A DNA stretch of 64,000 nt from Syntrophales bacterium (GCA_963666365.2 CAXXNF010000002.1:768001-832000), one strand, 5' to 3'. Shown: positions 1 to 10,730, numbered from the stretch's first letter. A program made the numbers and translations. The notes: generated by a model from the sequence alone, not told the origin.

Positions 1-435
1 TACAAATGCCAGACGCCGGAAGGGAAATGTGTGCAGACCGATGGCATGGCGTCGCTTTATGACGAAATCTTCAGCGCCGATGCTGTTGTTTTCGGGACGC
101 CGGTTTTCATGTTCCAGATAACCGGTCAGATGAAGACGTTTATCGATCGGCTTTTCGCCTTGTTGTATCTGAAGGACGGCCAACCGGGCGCGTTCAGAAA
201 CAAAATACGTGGGAAAAAGGCCATAACCGTGTATTCCCAGGGTCAACCTGAAACCGCCGCCTTTGCATCGTCCTTCGATTTGAACGAAGGTGTCCTTGGT
301 TTCCTGGGCTTCAAGGTCGAGGGGCGCATTGTTGCCGGAGGGATGTCCAGTCTGAATTCGGCCAAAGGCAACCAATCTGTTATGGAAAAGGCCTATGCCA
401 AAGGGGTTGAATTGGCGAAGGAAAACACAATGTGA
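1..435 (+). CDS. Flavodoxin-family / iron-sulfur flavoprotein (NADPH-dependent FMN reductase family), 5' end outside window
   Basis: Frame open from base 1 (YKCQTPEGKCVQTDGM, end of an Isf-type Cys motif), then ADAVVFGTPVF..ITGQMKTFIDR flavodoxin motif. Confidence 0.8.
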   Translation, partial: YKCQTPEGKCVQTDGMASLYDEIFSADAVVFGTPVFMFQITGQMKTFIDRLFALLYLKDGQPGAFRNKIRGKKAITVYSQGQPETAAFASSFDLNEGVLGFLGFKVEGRIVAGGMSSLNSAKGNQSVMEKAYAKGVELAKENTM

Positions 436-469
436 AGCAATCGCATGTATGATGGAGGAGAAGACAAAC

Positions 470-1246
470 ATGGAAAAGGTAACCTACGAGCAGAGCGGAG
501 CGCTGGGCATCATCACGTTTGCAGATACACCTCTGAACCTGTTGGGCGATGAACTCGGACAGGGACTCTATAGTGCTATTGATCGGGCGAAGCAGGGCAA
601 TCTCCGAGGATTGATCCTAAAAGTGGATGAGGGGCATTTTTCCGCCGGCGCTGATATCAACCGGTTTCTCGGCCTGACACCCGACAAGGCTCGGGACATA
701 TTCCGTGATTTTCAGGCGGCGCTTCATGCCGTCGAGACGTTCCCTTTTCCGACAATGGCTGCCGTTCGTGGATTATGCCTTGGCGGCGGTCTGGAAATCG
801 CCCTTGCCTTCGATCTCATCTGGGCGGCTGAAAACGCTTCCTTCGGCCAGGTCGAAGTCACCATCGGCGCCCTGCCTTTCGGTGGCGGCGGACAGCGGCT
901 TGCCGCCAGAGCCGGGGCCGGCCGGGCCAAAGAGCTGGTCTTCAGCGGCCGCATCTTTCCGGCCGTGGATTTCGAAAGATGGAATATCATCAACAGGGTG
1001 CTTCCGGAAACGGAACTGAACGGAAAAGCAATTGCCTATATGCAGAAGCTGGCGAACGACGGCCCAACGGTTGCCCTCGGATGCTCGAAGCAGATTATCA
1101 ATGTTTACATGGAAAAGGGACTGGCCGAAGCTGATCGTGTAACTCTTGAATTGTCATCCGGCATGTTTGACACAGAGGATCTTACGCTTGGCGTGAAATC
1201 ATTCCTGAAAAACGGTCCCGGTAAGGCCAAATTTATCGGGAAATAA
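470..1246 (+). CDS. Enoyl-CoA hydratase/isomerase (crotonase) family protein
   Basis: FSAGADI, GLCLGGGLEIALAFD, FGQVEVTIGALPFGGG with both catalytic Glu; GGAGGAG SD before ATG 470. Confidence 0.9.
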   Translation: MEKVTYEQSGALGIITFADTPLNLLGDELGQGLYSAIDRAKQGNLRGLILKVDEGHFSAGADINRFLGLTPDKARDIFRDFQAALHAVETFPFPTMAAVRGLCLGGGLEIALAFDLIWAAENASFGQVEVTIGALPFGGGGQRLAARAGAGRAKELVFSGRIFPAVDFERWNIINRVLPETELNGKAIAYMQKLANDGPTVALGCSKQIINVYMEKGLAEADRVTLELSSGMFDTEDLTLGVKSFLKNGPGKAKFIGK

Positions 1247-1262
1247 GGAGAAACACCAAGCC

Positions 1263-2039
1263 ATGAACGAATCTCTTAAAGAAAAAATTAGAAGCTATGT
1301 ATTGGGTTTGGAGGTGGACGATGTTGGATTCGGGGCAGCATCCGATTACAAGAGCCCTCTGTCTCCCAAAATCGAGACAATCTTCCCCGGGACAAAGACG
1401 CTGATCGTCATGGCCTTCAAAGAATTGTCCAACTGTGAGAGCGACAATAAAAGCATCGCCATGGGAGGGAGGATCGATATCATGGAATTCATGAGATCAT
1501 GCAGCTATAAGCTCTCGCGCTATCTGGAACGGGAGTTCAAGGCCAAGGCGATATCCACGCCTCTTTCCTATCCCATGAGCATGACACCGGAAATGAAATT
1601 TGGTCTTATCGCGGATTTCTCACAGCGCCACGCCGCCATTGCGGCCGGTATGGGAAGTTGGGGAAGACATAATCTGGTAATTCATCGCAGTCTCGGTTCA
1701 CGGGTGCTGTTTACGACCGTTCTATGTGATCTGGAATTGCTGCCGGACCCGCCTTTTACCCAGGATCTTTGCATTCAGTGCAACATCTGTGTTGAAAATT
1801 GCCCCGGTGGGGCGCTGGATGAAGAGGGAAGAACGCATCAGGTGAAATGCATGAAATACTCGCAGCCTTTCGGATTGATGAAAAATATCGGATTTTGGAA
1901 CAAGTTCATCGATCATGACCCCAATGAACAGAAAAAAATGATGAGCAGTCCTGAATATATGGCATTGTACCAGGCGGCTTTCATCGGCTTCCAGTATCAC
2001 TGCTTTAACTGCTATATGTTGTGCCCGATAAACAAATAA
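1263..2039 (+). CDS. Epoxyqueuosine reductase (QueG)/reductive dehalogenase-like 2x[4Fe-4S] protein
   Basis: HAAIAAGMGSWGRHNLVI..GSRVLFTTVL, CIQCNICVENCP and C..CFNCYMLCP; AAGGAG SD. Confidence 0.75.
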   Translation: MNESLKEKIRSYVLGLEVDDVGFGAASDYKSPLSPKIETIFPGTKTLIVMAFKELSNCESDNKSIAMGGRIDIMEFMRSCSYKLSRYLEREFKAKAISTPLSYPMSMTPEMKFGLIADFSQRHAAIAAGMGSWGRHNLVIHRSLGSRVLFTTVLCDLELLPDPPFTQDLCIQCNICVENCPGGALDEEGRTHQVKCMKYSQPFGLMKNIGFWNKFIDHDPNEQKKMMSSPEYMALYQAAFIGFQYHCFNCYMLCPINK

Positions 2040-2157
2040 GGATGAACTGATGAAATCTGTCCTTCAACCAGATCTTTGGCCGTTCATCTTTGAGTAATTT
2101 TAAAAACTCTCAGGTGAAAAACAATGATTGGTCTTCATTTCAGTAAAGGAAATTATC

Positions 2158-4401
2158 ATGGAAGAATGGAAAAAAACCACCTGCTCGATTTGCGGCATCC
2201 GCTGCAGTCTTGAAGTCAAAGTTGAGAACAACCGTGTTGTCAAGGCCCGCCCTGACAAGGACAGCCCGGTCAGCGAAGGATACATCTGCCGAAAGGGCAT
2301 GAACCTTGCCTATCACCAGCACAATGCGGACCGGCTGCTGTACCCGTTAAAGAGGATGGGAAACAAATTTGAACGTATAACCTGGGATCAGGCCATCGGT
2401 GAAATCTCGGAAAAACTCAAAAAGATCCTTCAGGAGCACGGGCCGCGGTCCCTGGCCTCGATGGTCGGGGGCGGGGAATTCAACTTCTACCCGTGGCGTT
2501 TCCTGATCGGTTTCGTTGACGCCCTTGGGTCGCATTACCATTACTCGGCCGGCAACCAGGAGTTTGCCGGCCGGTATTGGGCACATGGGTTGACATTAGG
2601 AAGCCAGCTTCTGGAGCTGGTGCCCGATTATAAGCATACGGAAATGATGATGGTCGTCGGTTGGAATGGGATGATGAGCCATCAAATACCCCAGGCCCGA
2701 AGAGTATTGACCGGAATTTCCAAAGATCCTGACAAACTGCTTGTCGTGATCGACCCGAGGCGTTCGGAGACGGCGAAAATCGCTGACATTCACCTGGCCC
2801 TGCGACCGGGGACGGATGCCCTGCTGCTGAAATCGATGATTGCCATCATCCTTCGGGAGGGCATGTATAATCAGGAATACATCGACAGGCACGTCAGCGG
2901 GTTCCAGGAAATACTCCCCTGGTTTGACGGATTTGACGTGAGGGAGGCGCTGAAGGTCTGCGAACTGGACTATGACCAGGTGGTTCGTGTTTGTCGGGAA
3001 TTCGTTACACGCCAGTCCTGTCTGCGTGACGACCTGGGCATCCTGATGAACCGGCACAGCGCCTACGTATCCTATCTGCTCGTGGTGCTGCTGGCGATCT
3101 GCGGACGCATCGGCGTGCCGGGGGGGAACTACCTCGTGGGAGAGAAGATCTATTCGGATCCGGATGACCCCAAGACATGGAGGACAGCGGTGACCGATAT
3201 CCCGGCCATCGCGGGAACGTTCCCTCCCAATGTAATGCAGGAAGAGATCGACAGCGACCGTCCCGACAGGATCAGGTCCGTCTTTATCATGGGCGCTAAT
3301 CCATTGCGGTCTTATGCGGATACGACCGCCTATGAAGAGGCATTCGGGCGGCTTGATCTGCTGGTGGTCGCCGAGATCGTCATGAGCGAGACCGCCGCAC
3401 TTGCACACTACGTCCTGCCCTGCCGGTCAACCTATGAATCCTGGAGCCCGGCGGATGCGATTATCCCCTCCACAACCAACAAGGGGTTTCTGGACGTAAT
3501 CAGCCGGATGCGCCGGCCTGTTGTCGAAGTTGAAGGAGAACAGAAAGAAACGGGAGAAATCTTCACCCTCTTGGCCGATGCCATGGGGTTGCTGCCCGCA
3601 CTTCCCGACCCGCTCTACTCGGCTGCGGACAGCGGCGAGCCGAGAACATACCGCGATTCGCTGACGCAGTATTTCACCGAGCATCCCGAGAACATGAAGA
3701 TGGCGTCCTTCATCGTGGCCAAGACGCTGGGCAATGCAACTGGTTCCGCTCAGCTGGCTAATTATTTTGCCGGCCTGTTACAGCGTTCCCGGATGAAACA
3801 AGAAGAGGCGGCAAGGGTGGGCTTCGATGCCGGGCCGGATCAGGGGCTGGCCCTTTATCAGGCCATCATCGATCACCCGGAAGGTGTGCTGGTCGGAGTG
3901 CAGGATTTAGCGAAAAACCTTGGTCGAGTGGCCACAAAGGATGGCAGGATCAGGATTCATGCAATTGAGGTGGAAGACTGGATACAGGGAATCAAGCCTG
4001 ATGAAGAAGAAAAACGGCTAATACTCGATGCGAAATTCCCATTGCTCCTGATGGCCGGGCGCCATATGGACATGAATGCCAATACGGGTATGAGAGATCC
4101 TGCCTGGAACAAAGGCAGGCGGTCCTGCACTCTGGCGATGAATCCGGTGGACGCGGAGAACTACGGTTTTTCCGACGGGCAAACGGTGAAGGTTGTCACC
4201 GAGGCCGGCGAAGAAACCATCGAGGTGGAAGTGACCGAGGATGCCAGAAAAGGGCAGGTCATTATTCCGCACGGGTTTGGTCTGGTCTACGACGGGGTGA
4301 AATACGGCGCCAACATCAACCGATTGACAAAAAACACACACCGGGACTTTGTCGGAACCCCGATGCACCGTTATGTGCCTTGCCGGGTAGAGGCGCTTTA
4401 A
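2158..4401 (+). CDS. Cytoplasmic molybdopterin (bis-MGD, DMSO reductase superfamily) oxidoreductase
   Basis: N-terminal CSICGIRC..C [4Fe-4S] motif, RLLYPLKR, VIDPRRSETA, RPGTD, C-terminal MGD-binding domain; no Tat signal; AAGGA SD before ATG 2158. Confidence 0.9.
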   Translation: MEEWKKTTCSICGIRCSLEVKVENNRVVKARPDKDSPVSEGYICRKGMNLAYHQHNADRLLYPLKRMGNKFERITWDQAIGEISEKLKKILQEHGPRSLASMVGGGEFNFYPWRFLIGFVDALGSHYHYSAGNQEFAGRYWAHGLTLGSQLLELVPDYKHTEMMMVVGWNGMMSHQIPQARRVLTGISKDPDKLLVVIDPRRSETAKIADIHLALRPGTDALLLKSMIAIILREGMYNQEYIDRHVSGFQEILPWFDGFDVREALKVCELDYDQVVRVCREFVTRQSCLRDDLGILMNRHSAYVSYLLVVLLAICGRIGVPGGNYLVGEKIYSDPDDPKTWRTAVTDIPAIAGTFPPNVMQEEIDSDRPDRIRSVFIMGANPLRSYADTTAYEEAFGRLDLLVVAEIVMSETAALAHYVLPCRSTYESWSPADAIIPSTTNKGFLDVISRMRRPVVEVEGEQKETGEIFTLLADAMGLLPALPDPLYSAADSGEPRTYRDSLTQYFTEHPENMKMASFIVAKTLGNATGSAQLANYFAGLLQRSRMKQEEAARVGFDAGPDQGLALYQAIIDHPEGVLVGVQDLAKNLGRVATKDGRIRIHAIEVEDWIQGIKPDEEEKRLILDAKFPLLLMAGRHMDMNANTGMRDPAWNKGRRSCTLAMNPVDAENYGFSDGQTVKVVTEAGEETIEVEVTEDARKGQVIIPHGFGLVYDGVKYGANINRLTKNTHRDFVGTPMHRYVPCRVEAL

Positions 4402-4835
4402 AAGGAACACCCTACTGCCAACTGAGCGATACCTGTTAACTGACCTGAAAGGACCCATGGATTTAAGGTATCTTAACGACACATAATTTTCTTTTTAATA
4501 ACGGCAAATTGCCACGTCTACTTGAAAATCAGGCGGATTCGTTACAAAAACGATTCCGCCTGCTCGCAGTATGTATTCAAGACCGTACTATTAAAAATCG
4601 AATCGTTTTTCCAGCAGCCCGTCTCCAAAGCTGGGTTCCCTGTCGCGGTCTTCCGAATCGTCGAACTCTTTTTCTATCTCCACAAGAAATCGGGCAAGTC
4701 TTTTTCTAGTATAATAGTCATATTCGATCCCCAGAGCAATAGTCTCCATTATATAAGCTTTTTCGACCACCAGGTTTTTAATAGCTCCTGTGCATAGTGT
4801 GAATTGGTTGGCCCATTTGCTATGCAACCCAAAAG

Positions 4836-6542
4836 TCAATGATCGAAATGAAGTGCTATGGAACAGTGTCCGTCCTCGATGCGTGTTGAAATCTGATCTA
4901 CCTGCTGTCTGACCAGAAATCCTGACAATTTAATGAAGTTACGGTCATCTTCTATGAGATCCGATTGTAACGGACGGACCTCGGGAAAGGTCATGAGTTC
5001 TCCCCGATATGAAAGGACTATGTCGAGGTTGAACTCGTCGAAACTAACCCTTGCCTGAACCTTGCCGTCAACTCTACACAAAGACGATAGCGATTCCATA
5101 ACCTCATTAACCGCCGAGGTGGCACGATAGATAATTTCTTGACGCATCCCCCACACGGCCCCCTGAGACTGCATGAATTTGAAGATCTTATCGGTGAAAA
5201 TTTCTCCCGGGTCCAATTCCGTGGTTTCGCTTTTAGAAATTCCCATGCGAAAAAGAAAGTTCAGTACGACGGCCGATATTGTTCCGAGGGCCAAGGACGA
5301 AGTAAACATGGGCTTTATCACCGGGTGGATACCGGCATAAAGAGAGGGAAAAAGTTCGACACTGAGCCCAAAAATCATTGAAAAACCGATGATGAATGTC
5401 TTCCGGCTATCGATCATCCTGGATGCCATAATCTGTATGCCTGTCACAATCATAAAGCTTGCGACAAAGACCATGAGAGCGCCGATAACCGGCATGGGCA
5501 TAATGGCGAATATTGCCGCAAGTTTGGGGACAAACGCCATAAAAAGAAGGATGCCGGCAACAGTAAATCCGATACGTCGACTTGTTGCCCCGGTTGCTAT
5601 TGAGAGTCCGACACTTCCTGAGGCTGTTGATTGCCCCATTCCCCCCAGCAAGCCACCGGAGATCGCACTGAGGCCGTCAACAAGAATCCCTCCGCCTATG
5701 GATTCAAGATCAGGCCGCTTCCACTCCGCATCGTTGATCTTTTGACAGGTCGTGATGTCGCCGACACTTTTCAGGGTTGAACTCAGGGCTGCCACGAGAA
5801 AAGGAATCAGGAAGCGAGCATCAAATGACCAGCCCACATGCGTTATGTCCGGCAAGGCAATAAGGGGTTCGATTGAGAGCCGGGAAAACTGCGTGTTTGT
5901 CAAGATCCCGAAACAATAAGATAAAACATATCCTGCAACCATGGCGATGAGAACACAGAAAAGGCGTAGTTTGCCTTTGCCCCAGACGTTTAAGCTCACC
6001 ATAATCGCAAGCGTAGCCAAACCCGTTGTGCATTCGCCTGCGGTGGAAATCTGGTCTGCACCGCAGACCCCAAAAAGCTGGGAGACACTTGTCGGAACCA
6101 GGGAAACGCCTACCATTGTCACAACAACGCCTACAACTTCTGTCGGAAAAAGGCTCCGTAATCTATGCATCACACGGGATATAACGACCTCAAAAACACC
6201 CGCTATTAATGTCATACCGAAAACAAGCGAAACCTGACCTGTATTCGCAGCCATTAGAGAGGCGGACAAATACGACGGACCGGGATGTTCGGGACAGAGA
6301 TAACCGCAACCGAGGGAACCCCGCTTGAGAGTTTGAAGAAATGTTCCAATTGCAGCTGCGATCATGGAAAGGCTGATCATGCTTTTGGCCAAATCATGGG
6401 ACCCGCCAAGAGATCTCACAATGATCACCGGAAGCACAAAGGCGGCAGCCATGGTAAAGATATGCTGGAATCCCAAGACAATCGTCACTCCGAGAGAAGG
6501 ATTCTCGTTGACACCATACAAAAGATTAGCTGGTTTTTTCAT
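4836..6542 (-). CDS. NCS2 (xanthine/uracil/vitamin C) family permease with C-terminal soluble extension
   Basis: LLYGVNENP..LGFQH N-terminal motif, 12-14 hydrophobic segments, GLSIATGATSR, PMPVIG; about 125 aa soluble tail. Confidence 0.85.
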   Translation of the reverse strand: MKKPANLLYGVNENPSLGVTIVLGFQHIFTMAAAFVLPVIIVRSLGGSHDLAKSMISLSMIAAAIGTFLQTLKRGSLGCGYLCPEHPGPSYLSASLMAANTGQVSLVFGMTLIAGVFEVVISRVMHRLRSLFPTEVVGVVVTMVGVSLVPTSVSQLFGVCGADQISTAGECTTGLATLAIMVSLNVWGKGKLRLFCVLIAMVAGYVLSYCFGILTNTQFSRLSIEPLIALPDITHVGWSFDARFLIPFLVAALSSTLKSVGDITTCQKINDAEWKRPDLESIGGGILVDGLSAISGGLLGGMGQSTASGSVGLSIATGATSRRIGFTVAGILLFMAFVPKLAAIFAIMPMPVIGALMVFVASFMIVTGIQIMASRMIDSRKTFIIGFSMIFGLSVELFPSLYAGIHPVIKPMFTSSLALGTISAVVLNFLFRMGISKSETTELDPGEIFTDKIFKFMQSQGAVWGMRQEIIYRATSAVNEVMESLSSLCRVDGKVQARVSFDEFNLDIVLSYRGELMTFPEVRPLQSDLIEDDRNFIKLSGFLVRQQVDQISTRIEDGHCSIALHFDH

Positions 6543-6688
6543 ATCGTTTCATTCTTCATTCAATCGCTCGTTTTCAAAGGAGGAGTCATGTTGTAACCGT
6601 CCGATCTTTTCCCTTATGGTATACTTTTTCCCTGCGCCGGCCAATGTGTTTATCAGCGGGAGCGTAGCGATCCGTTAAATATAATTTG

Positions 6689-7417
6689 TTATGATTTGAG
6701 TTCTTGCTCCTTTTTCGCTTTTTTGCGCCAAGTTTCTTGGCCATAAAGCTTCTCGGAACATTCCTCACAAAGACCATGACTGAATTCAACATCGGAATTT
6801 TCCGCAATATATAATTCAATCTGCTTCCAGTAACCCTTATCATCTCTGATTTTCTTGCATGATGCGCAGATTGGAATATGACTTCTCTCCTCCAATCTTT
6901 TGCATCAATATCCATACCAAGAATTGCAATTAAACCGTTTTTTTCTTGTAAATGAATTGGTACAAGACTGGTCATTAAGGTCCCCCAACGATCCGTTATG
7001 GGACCGACTGTTTTTTGCATTCCAGAATCGAATGCCTGTAAATACTCTTCCGATACTTCCTCATAGATTAGGCCTGGAGGAGCATAGCCGATTGAGTCTG
7101 CCGTTTGTGAATCCACATCGAAAAAGATGGTTCCGCCATTTCTGAGTCCCATTAGATAAAGAAAACGGCATTTACGATTAGCGAGGCGAATTTGAGTCAA
7201 CTGTTCTTTTATTCGGATGTAATCTTTTGATTTCAAATCCGCTGAATTACCTTGCAAGTTCAACAGCCGCTCTTTATTAATCGATCTTGCTATACATAGC
7301 TTGCTCCATCGCTTCTTCTGACAGTCTGTTTACTGTATGGTTCCATTAAAACCATGTCGAAATCACGCTCACTGTAAGCACCGCTATTACAAAGAAGGTA
7401 GTTATAATATGTTTCAC
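6689..7417 (-). pseudogene. Disrupted membrane sensor gene (N-terminal TM + extracytoplasmic Cache-like domain + C-terminal CxxC..HGLCxxC domain)
   Basis: GTG 7417 MKHIITTFFVIAVLTVSVISTWF then in-frame TAA (7346-7348); frameshift into IARSINKERLLNLQG..FLYLMG..GPITDRWG; second frame switch into IPICASCKKIRDDKGYWKQIELYI..FSHGLCEEC. Confidence 0.7.
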
Positions 7418-7458
7418 CGGAGTATCATCCTTATTTTTGAATTATGAAGACATGACAT

Positions 7459-7710
7459 TTAATTCTTTTTTCCTCGGACCGAGTTCTGCCATTGTAGTAT
7501 GCGTCCTGTCAGTTTTTCCTTCTTTTTTACAAAATCTAAATCACCTCAGGACGTCCTGATCTTTTCGATCTCACAATACCTATATCATCATTTCCAGCAA
7601 TCCGCTCATCCAAATATGTTCGCCAATCCCTTACCAGACCACATAAATCCCTGCATTTCACTAGAACATCATGCTTGGTATCGCCAACGTGGCATGAAAA
7701 ACATCCATTG
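7459..7710 (-). pseudogene. C-terminal remnant of REP-associated tyrosine transposase (RAYT / IS200-like Y1)
   Basis: Across frames reads H..DVLVKCRDLCGLVRDWRTYL..RSGRP / GDLDFVKKKEKLTGRILQ..GPRKK, resembling the RAYT C-terminus as I recall it (DWrefL..RTGRPLGd..FvekLE..tGR.L.p.KpGpk). Confidence 0.55.
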
Positions 7711-7712
7711 AA

Positions 7713-8309
<597 letters not shown>

Positions 8310-8327
8310 ACTCAATAATGCTGCAGT

Positions 8328-8356
8328 GGAATATCACCAACTTCTCTATCTGTCAA
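8328..8356 (-). promoter_or_regulatory. Putative sigma70 promoter of tRNA-Pro
   Basis: TTGACA-17 bp-TATTCC with TG extension on minus strand; weak -10. Confidence 0.4.
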
Positions 8357-8921
8357 GTACCAGATAGCGTTTTATCGTTTTTAATCGCCCTTCTCCAAAA
8401 CCACGGATCGATTTTATTTCATCAATGTTCTTGAATCCGCCCCGCGCTGTCCTGTAGGCAATGAGCGCCTTGGCCGAGGTCTCGCCGATTCCGGGAATCA
8501 ACACCAGATCTTCGGCGGTGGCGGTGTTAATATCAATAGGCATTTCAAGCGCCAGTTTTTCAAGATTTTCTATCTGTCCTATGTGCACAGCGCCGGTGCG
8601 TCGATCCACCACTACCTTTTCACCATTTGCGAGGATTCTTCTTCTGTCGAAACCTGTCATGTTCAGAGCGTCTCCTGGCTCAACCATTTCCAGAAAATCA
8701 CCACATGTCCAGGTACCCGGAAGAAAGTACAGGCCGTCGTTTTTCCCCATGCCCGTTATCTTTACTGCAATGGAACCGGGCGTCTCAATTGAATAGGGAA
8801 CTATCAATGCTCTGTTGGCAGGTGGAAAAAACCGCACGATGCTTTTTGTCGAAACGATCAGCAACGCGACAACAAGGAGGATCACACTTCCCGCAAGTTG
8901 GCTTTTGGTAAGCTTCTCCAC
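8346..8921 (-). CDS. comEA: ComEA-family helix-hairpin-helix DNA-binding membrane protein
   Basis: N-terminal [37 protein letters not shown] tandem HhH. Confidence 0.75.
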   Translation of the reverse strand: MEKLTKSQLAGSVILLVVALLIVSTKSIVRFFPPANRALIVPYSIETPGSIAVKITGMGKNDGLYFLPGTWTCGDFLEMVEPGDALNMTGFDRRRILANGEKVVVDRRTGAVHIGQIENLEKLALEMPIDINTATAEDLVLIPGIGETSAKALIAYRTARGGFKNIDEIKSIRGFGEGRLKTIKRYLVLDR

Positions 8922-9002
8922 TGACCCGGTCTCCCTGATTATAACAAATTCAACCCTTTACTCGCTGGGATGGAACTCCCCTTTTCTTAGCATGTCATTG
9001 CA

Positions 9003-10226
9003 TCAGTTCCCTATGTCAAGCCCAAAGGCGTCATGCAGAACCCGCACGGCCAGTTCCGTGTATTTCTCTTCGATGGCACAGGAAATTTTGATTTCCGACG
9101 TGCTGATCATCAGTATATTAATTCCTTCCTTGGCGAGCGTGTCAAACATCCGCGATGCGACGCCGGAGTGGCTCTTCATGCCCACGCCCACGATGGATAC
9201 CTTTGAAATATTCTGATCAAAATCGATCTTTTCGGCGCCTAGTTCTTTTTCCACGGCGCGCAGAATAGACTCCACCGCTTTGATGTCCTTTTTCGATACG
9301 GTAAAGGTCAAGTCGGTGTAGCCCTCGACACTGGCGTTTTGAATGATCATGTCGACCACTATATTTTTATCTGAAAGCGGCGTAAATAGCTTTGATGCAA
9401 CCCCCGGCCTGTCCGGTACGTGAATGACCGTCACCTTGGCCTGGTCCTTGTCGTATGTTACACCGGAAACAAATTCCTTCTCCATGTCTTTATCCTCCTT
9501 CGTCACAAGCGTTCCCTCGTCGTCATTGAAAGAAGAGCGCACATACAGGGGAACTTCATATATTTTTGCAAGTTCAACGGACCGCTGGTGAAGCACCTTG
9601 GCGCCGGCGCCGGCCAATCCCAGCATCTCATCATAGGATATTTTTTTGAGTTTCCGGGCTTTATTATACACATTGGGATCCGTGGTGTACACACCGTCCA
9701 CATCGGTGAAGATTTCGCAGTAGTCGGCCTTGAGCGCGGCGGCGATGGCCACGGCGCTCGTATCGGACCCTCCCCTGCCGAGAGTAGTGATGCTGTTTTT
9801 TTCGCTTACGCCCTGAAAACCGGCTACGACAACAATCCTTTTTTTGTCGAGCTCTTGTTTCAAAGTCGTGGATTCAATCTTGATAATCCGTGCGGATGCA
9901 TGATTGTTGTCCGTGATAATCCGGATCTGATGGCCTTGAAGCGAGATCGCATCATATCCCTTGCTGCTTAAGACGATTGCCAAGAGTGATGACGTAACCT
10001 GCTCGCCGGAAGATATGAGCGCATCGTACTCGCGCACGGGCGGCCCTCCTCCCGACGCCTCATTTGCCAGGCGTATCAGCTTGTCCGTTTCGCCCGCCAT
10101 GGCGGATACAACGACAACTACCTCATTCCCTTTGTCTGCGGTCCTGATCACACGCTCTGCGACATTGGTGATCTTTGCGATATCGGCGACGGATGTACCC
10201 CCGTATTTTTGTACTATCAATGCCAC
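9003..10226 (-). CDS. lysC: Aspartate kinase
   Basis: [21 protein letters not shown], two ACT domains, ISTSEIKIS. Confidence 0.97.
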   Translation of the reverse strand: MALIVQKYGGTSVADIAKITNVAERVIRTADKGNEVVVVVSAMAGETDKLIRLANEASGGGPPVREYDALISSGEQVTSSLLAIVLSSKGYDAISLQGHQIRIITDNNHASARIIKIESTTLKQELDKKRIVVVAGFQGVSEKNSITTLGRGGSDTSAVAIAAALKADYCEIFTDVDGVYTTDPNVYNKARKLKKISYDEMLGLAGAGAKVLHQRSVELAKIYEVPLYVRSSFNDDEGTLVTKEDKDMEKEFVSGVTYDKDQAKVTVIHVPDRPGVASKLFTPLSDKNIVVDMIIQNASVEGYTDLTFTVSKKDIKAVESILRAVEKELGAEKIDFDQNISKVSIVGVGMKSHSGVASRMFDTLAKEGINILMISTSEIKISCAIEEKYTELAVRVLHDAFGLDIGN

Positions 10227-10712
10227 TTATATATGACCTCCTTCTTCAAGTGCTCGTTTTAACCCGGCCGCAATCCCGAAATGACATGATATTTCAATCT
10301 TCCTTGTCTCATCGGAGATGCGGGTGAGATGAATGTGAAGGGCCTCCTCAGGAAGTATGCCGATAAGTTTCTCGGCCCATTCGATCACAACTACACCTCT
10401 TCCGTAAAAATACTCTTCATAGCCCATTTCTTCCAAATCACAGGCGCCGGCAAGACGATATACATCGAAATGATAGAGCGGCAGTCTTCCGGGGTATTCG
10501 TTTATCAGCGTAAATGTGGGACTGGTCACGTAGTACTCCTCAGGTACCGAAAGCCCTCTGGCAATACCCTGGGTCAGAGTGGTTTTCCCCGTCCCCAGAT
10601 CGCCCATAAGTGCAATAATATCACCAGGTAGCGACTGTTGCCCCAAGATCGTTCCGACGGCGTGTGTTTCTTCACTTGCTCCCGATACAATGCTGATGAC
10701 GCTTTTACCCAT
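10227..10712 (-). CDS. tsaE: t6A biosynthesis ATPase TsaE
   Basis: GDLGTGKTT, VTSPTFTLINEY, HFDVYRL, IEWAE. Confidence 0.95.
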   Translation of the reverse strand: MGKSVISIVSGASEETHAVGTILGQQSLPGDIIALMGDLGTGKTTLTQGIARGLSVPEEYYVTSPTFTLINEYPGRLPLYHFDVYRLAGACDLEEMGYEEYFYGRGVVVIEWAEKLIGILPEEALHIHLTRISDETRKIEISCHFGIAAGLKRALEEGGHI

Positions 10713-10730
10713 AAAATTGCTCTTATACTC

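Noticed and set aside
2596..3408. 270-aa minus-strand ORF
   Set aside because: Antisense shadow of the molybdopterin oxidoreductase
4591..4839. 82-aa ORF overlapping the permease stop
   Set aside because: No recognisable motif or clear SD; may be a remnant but cannot be supported
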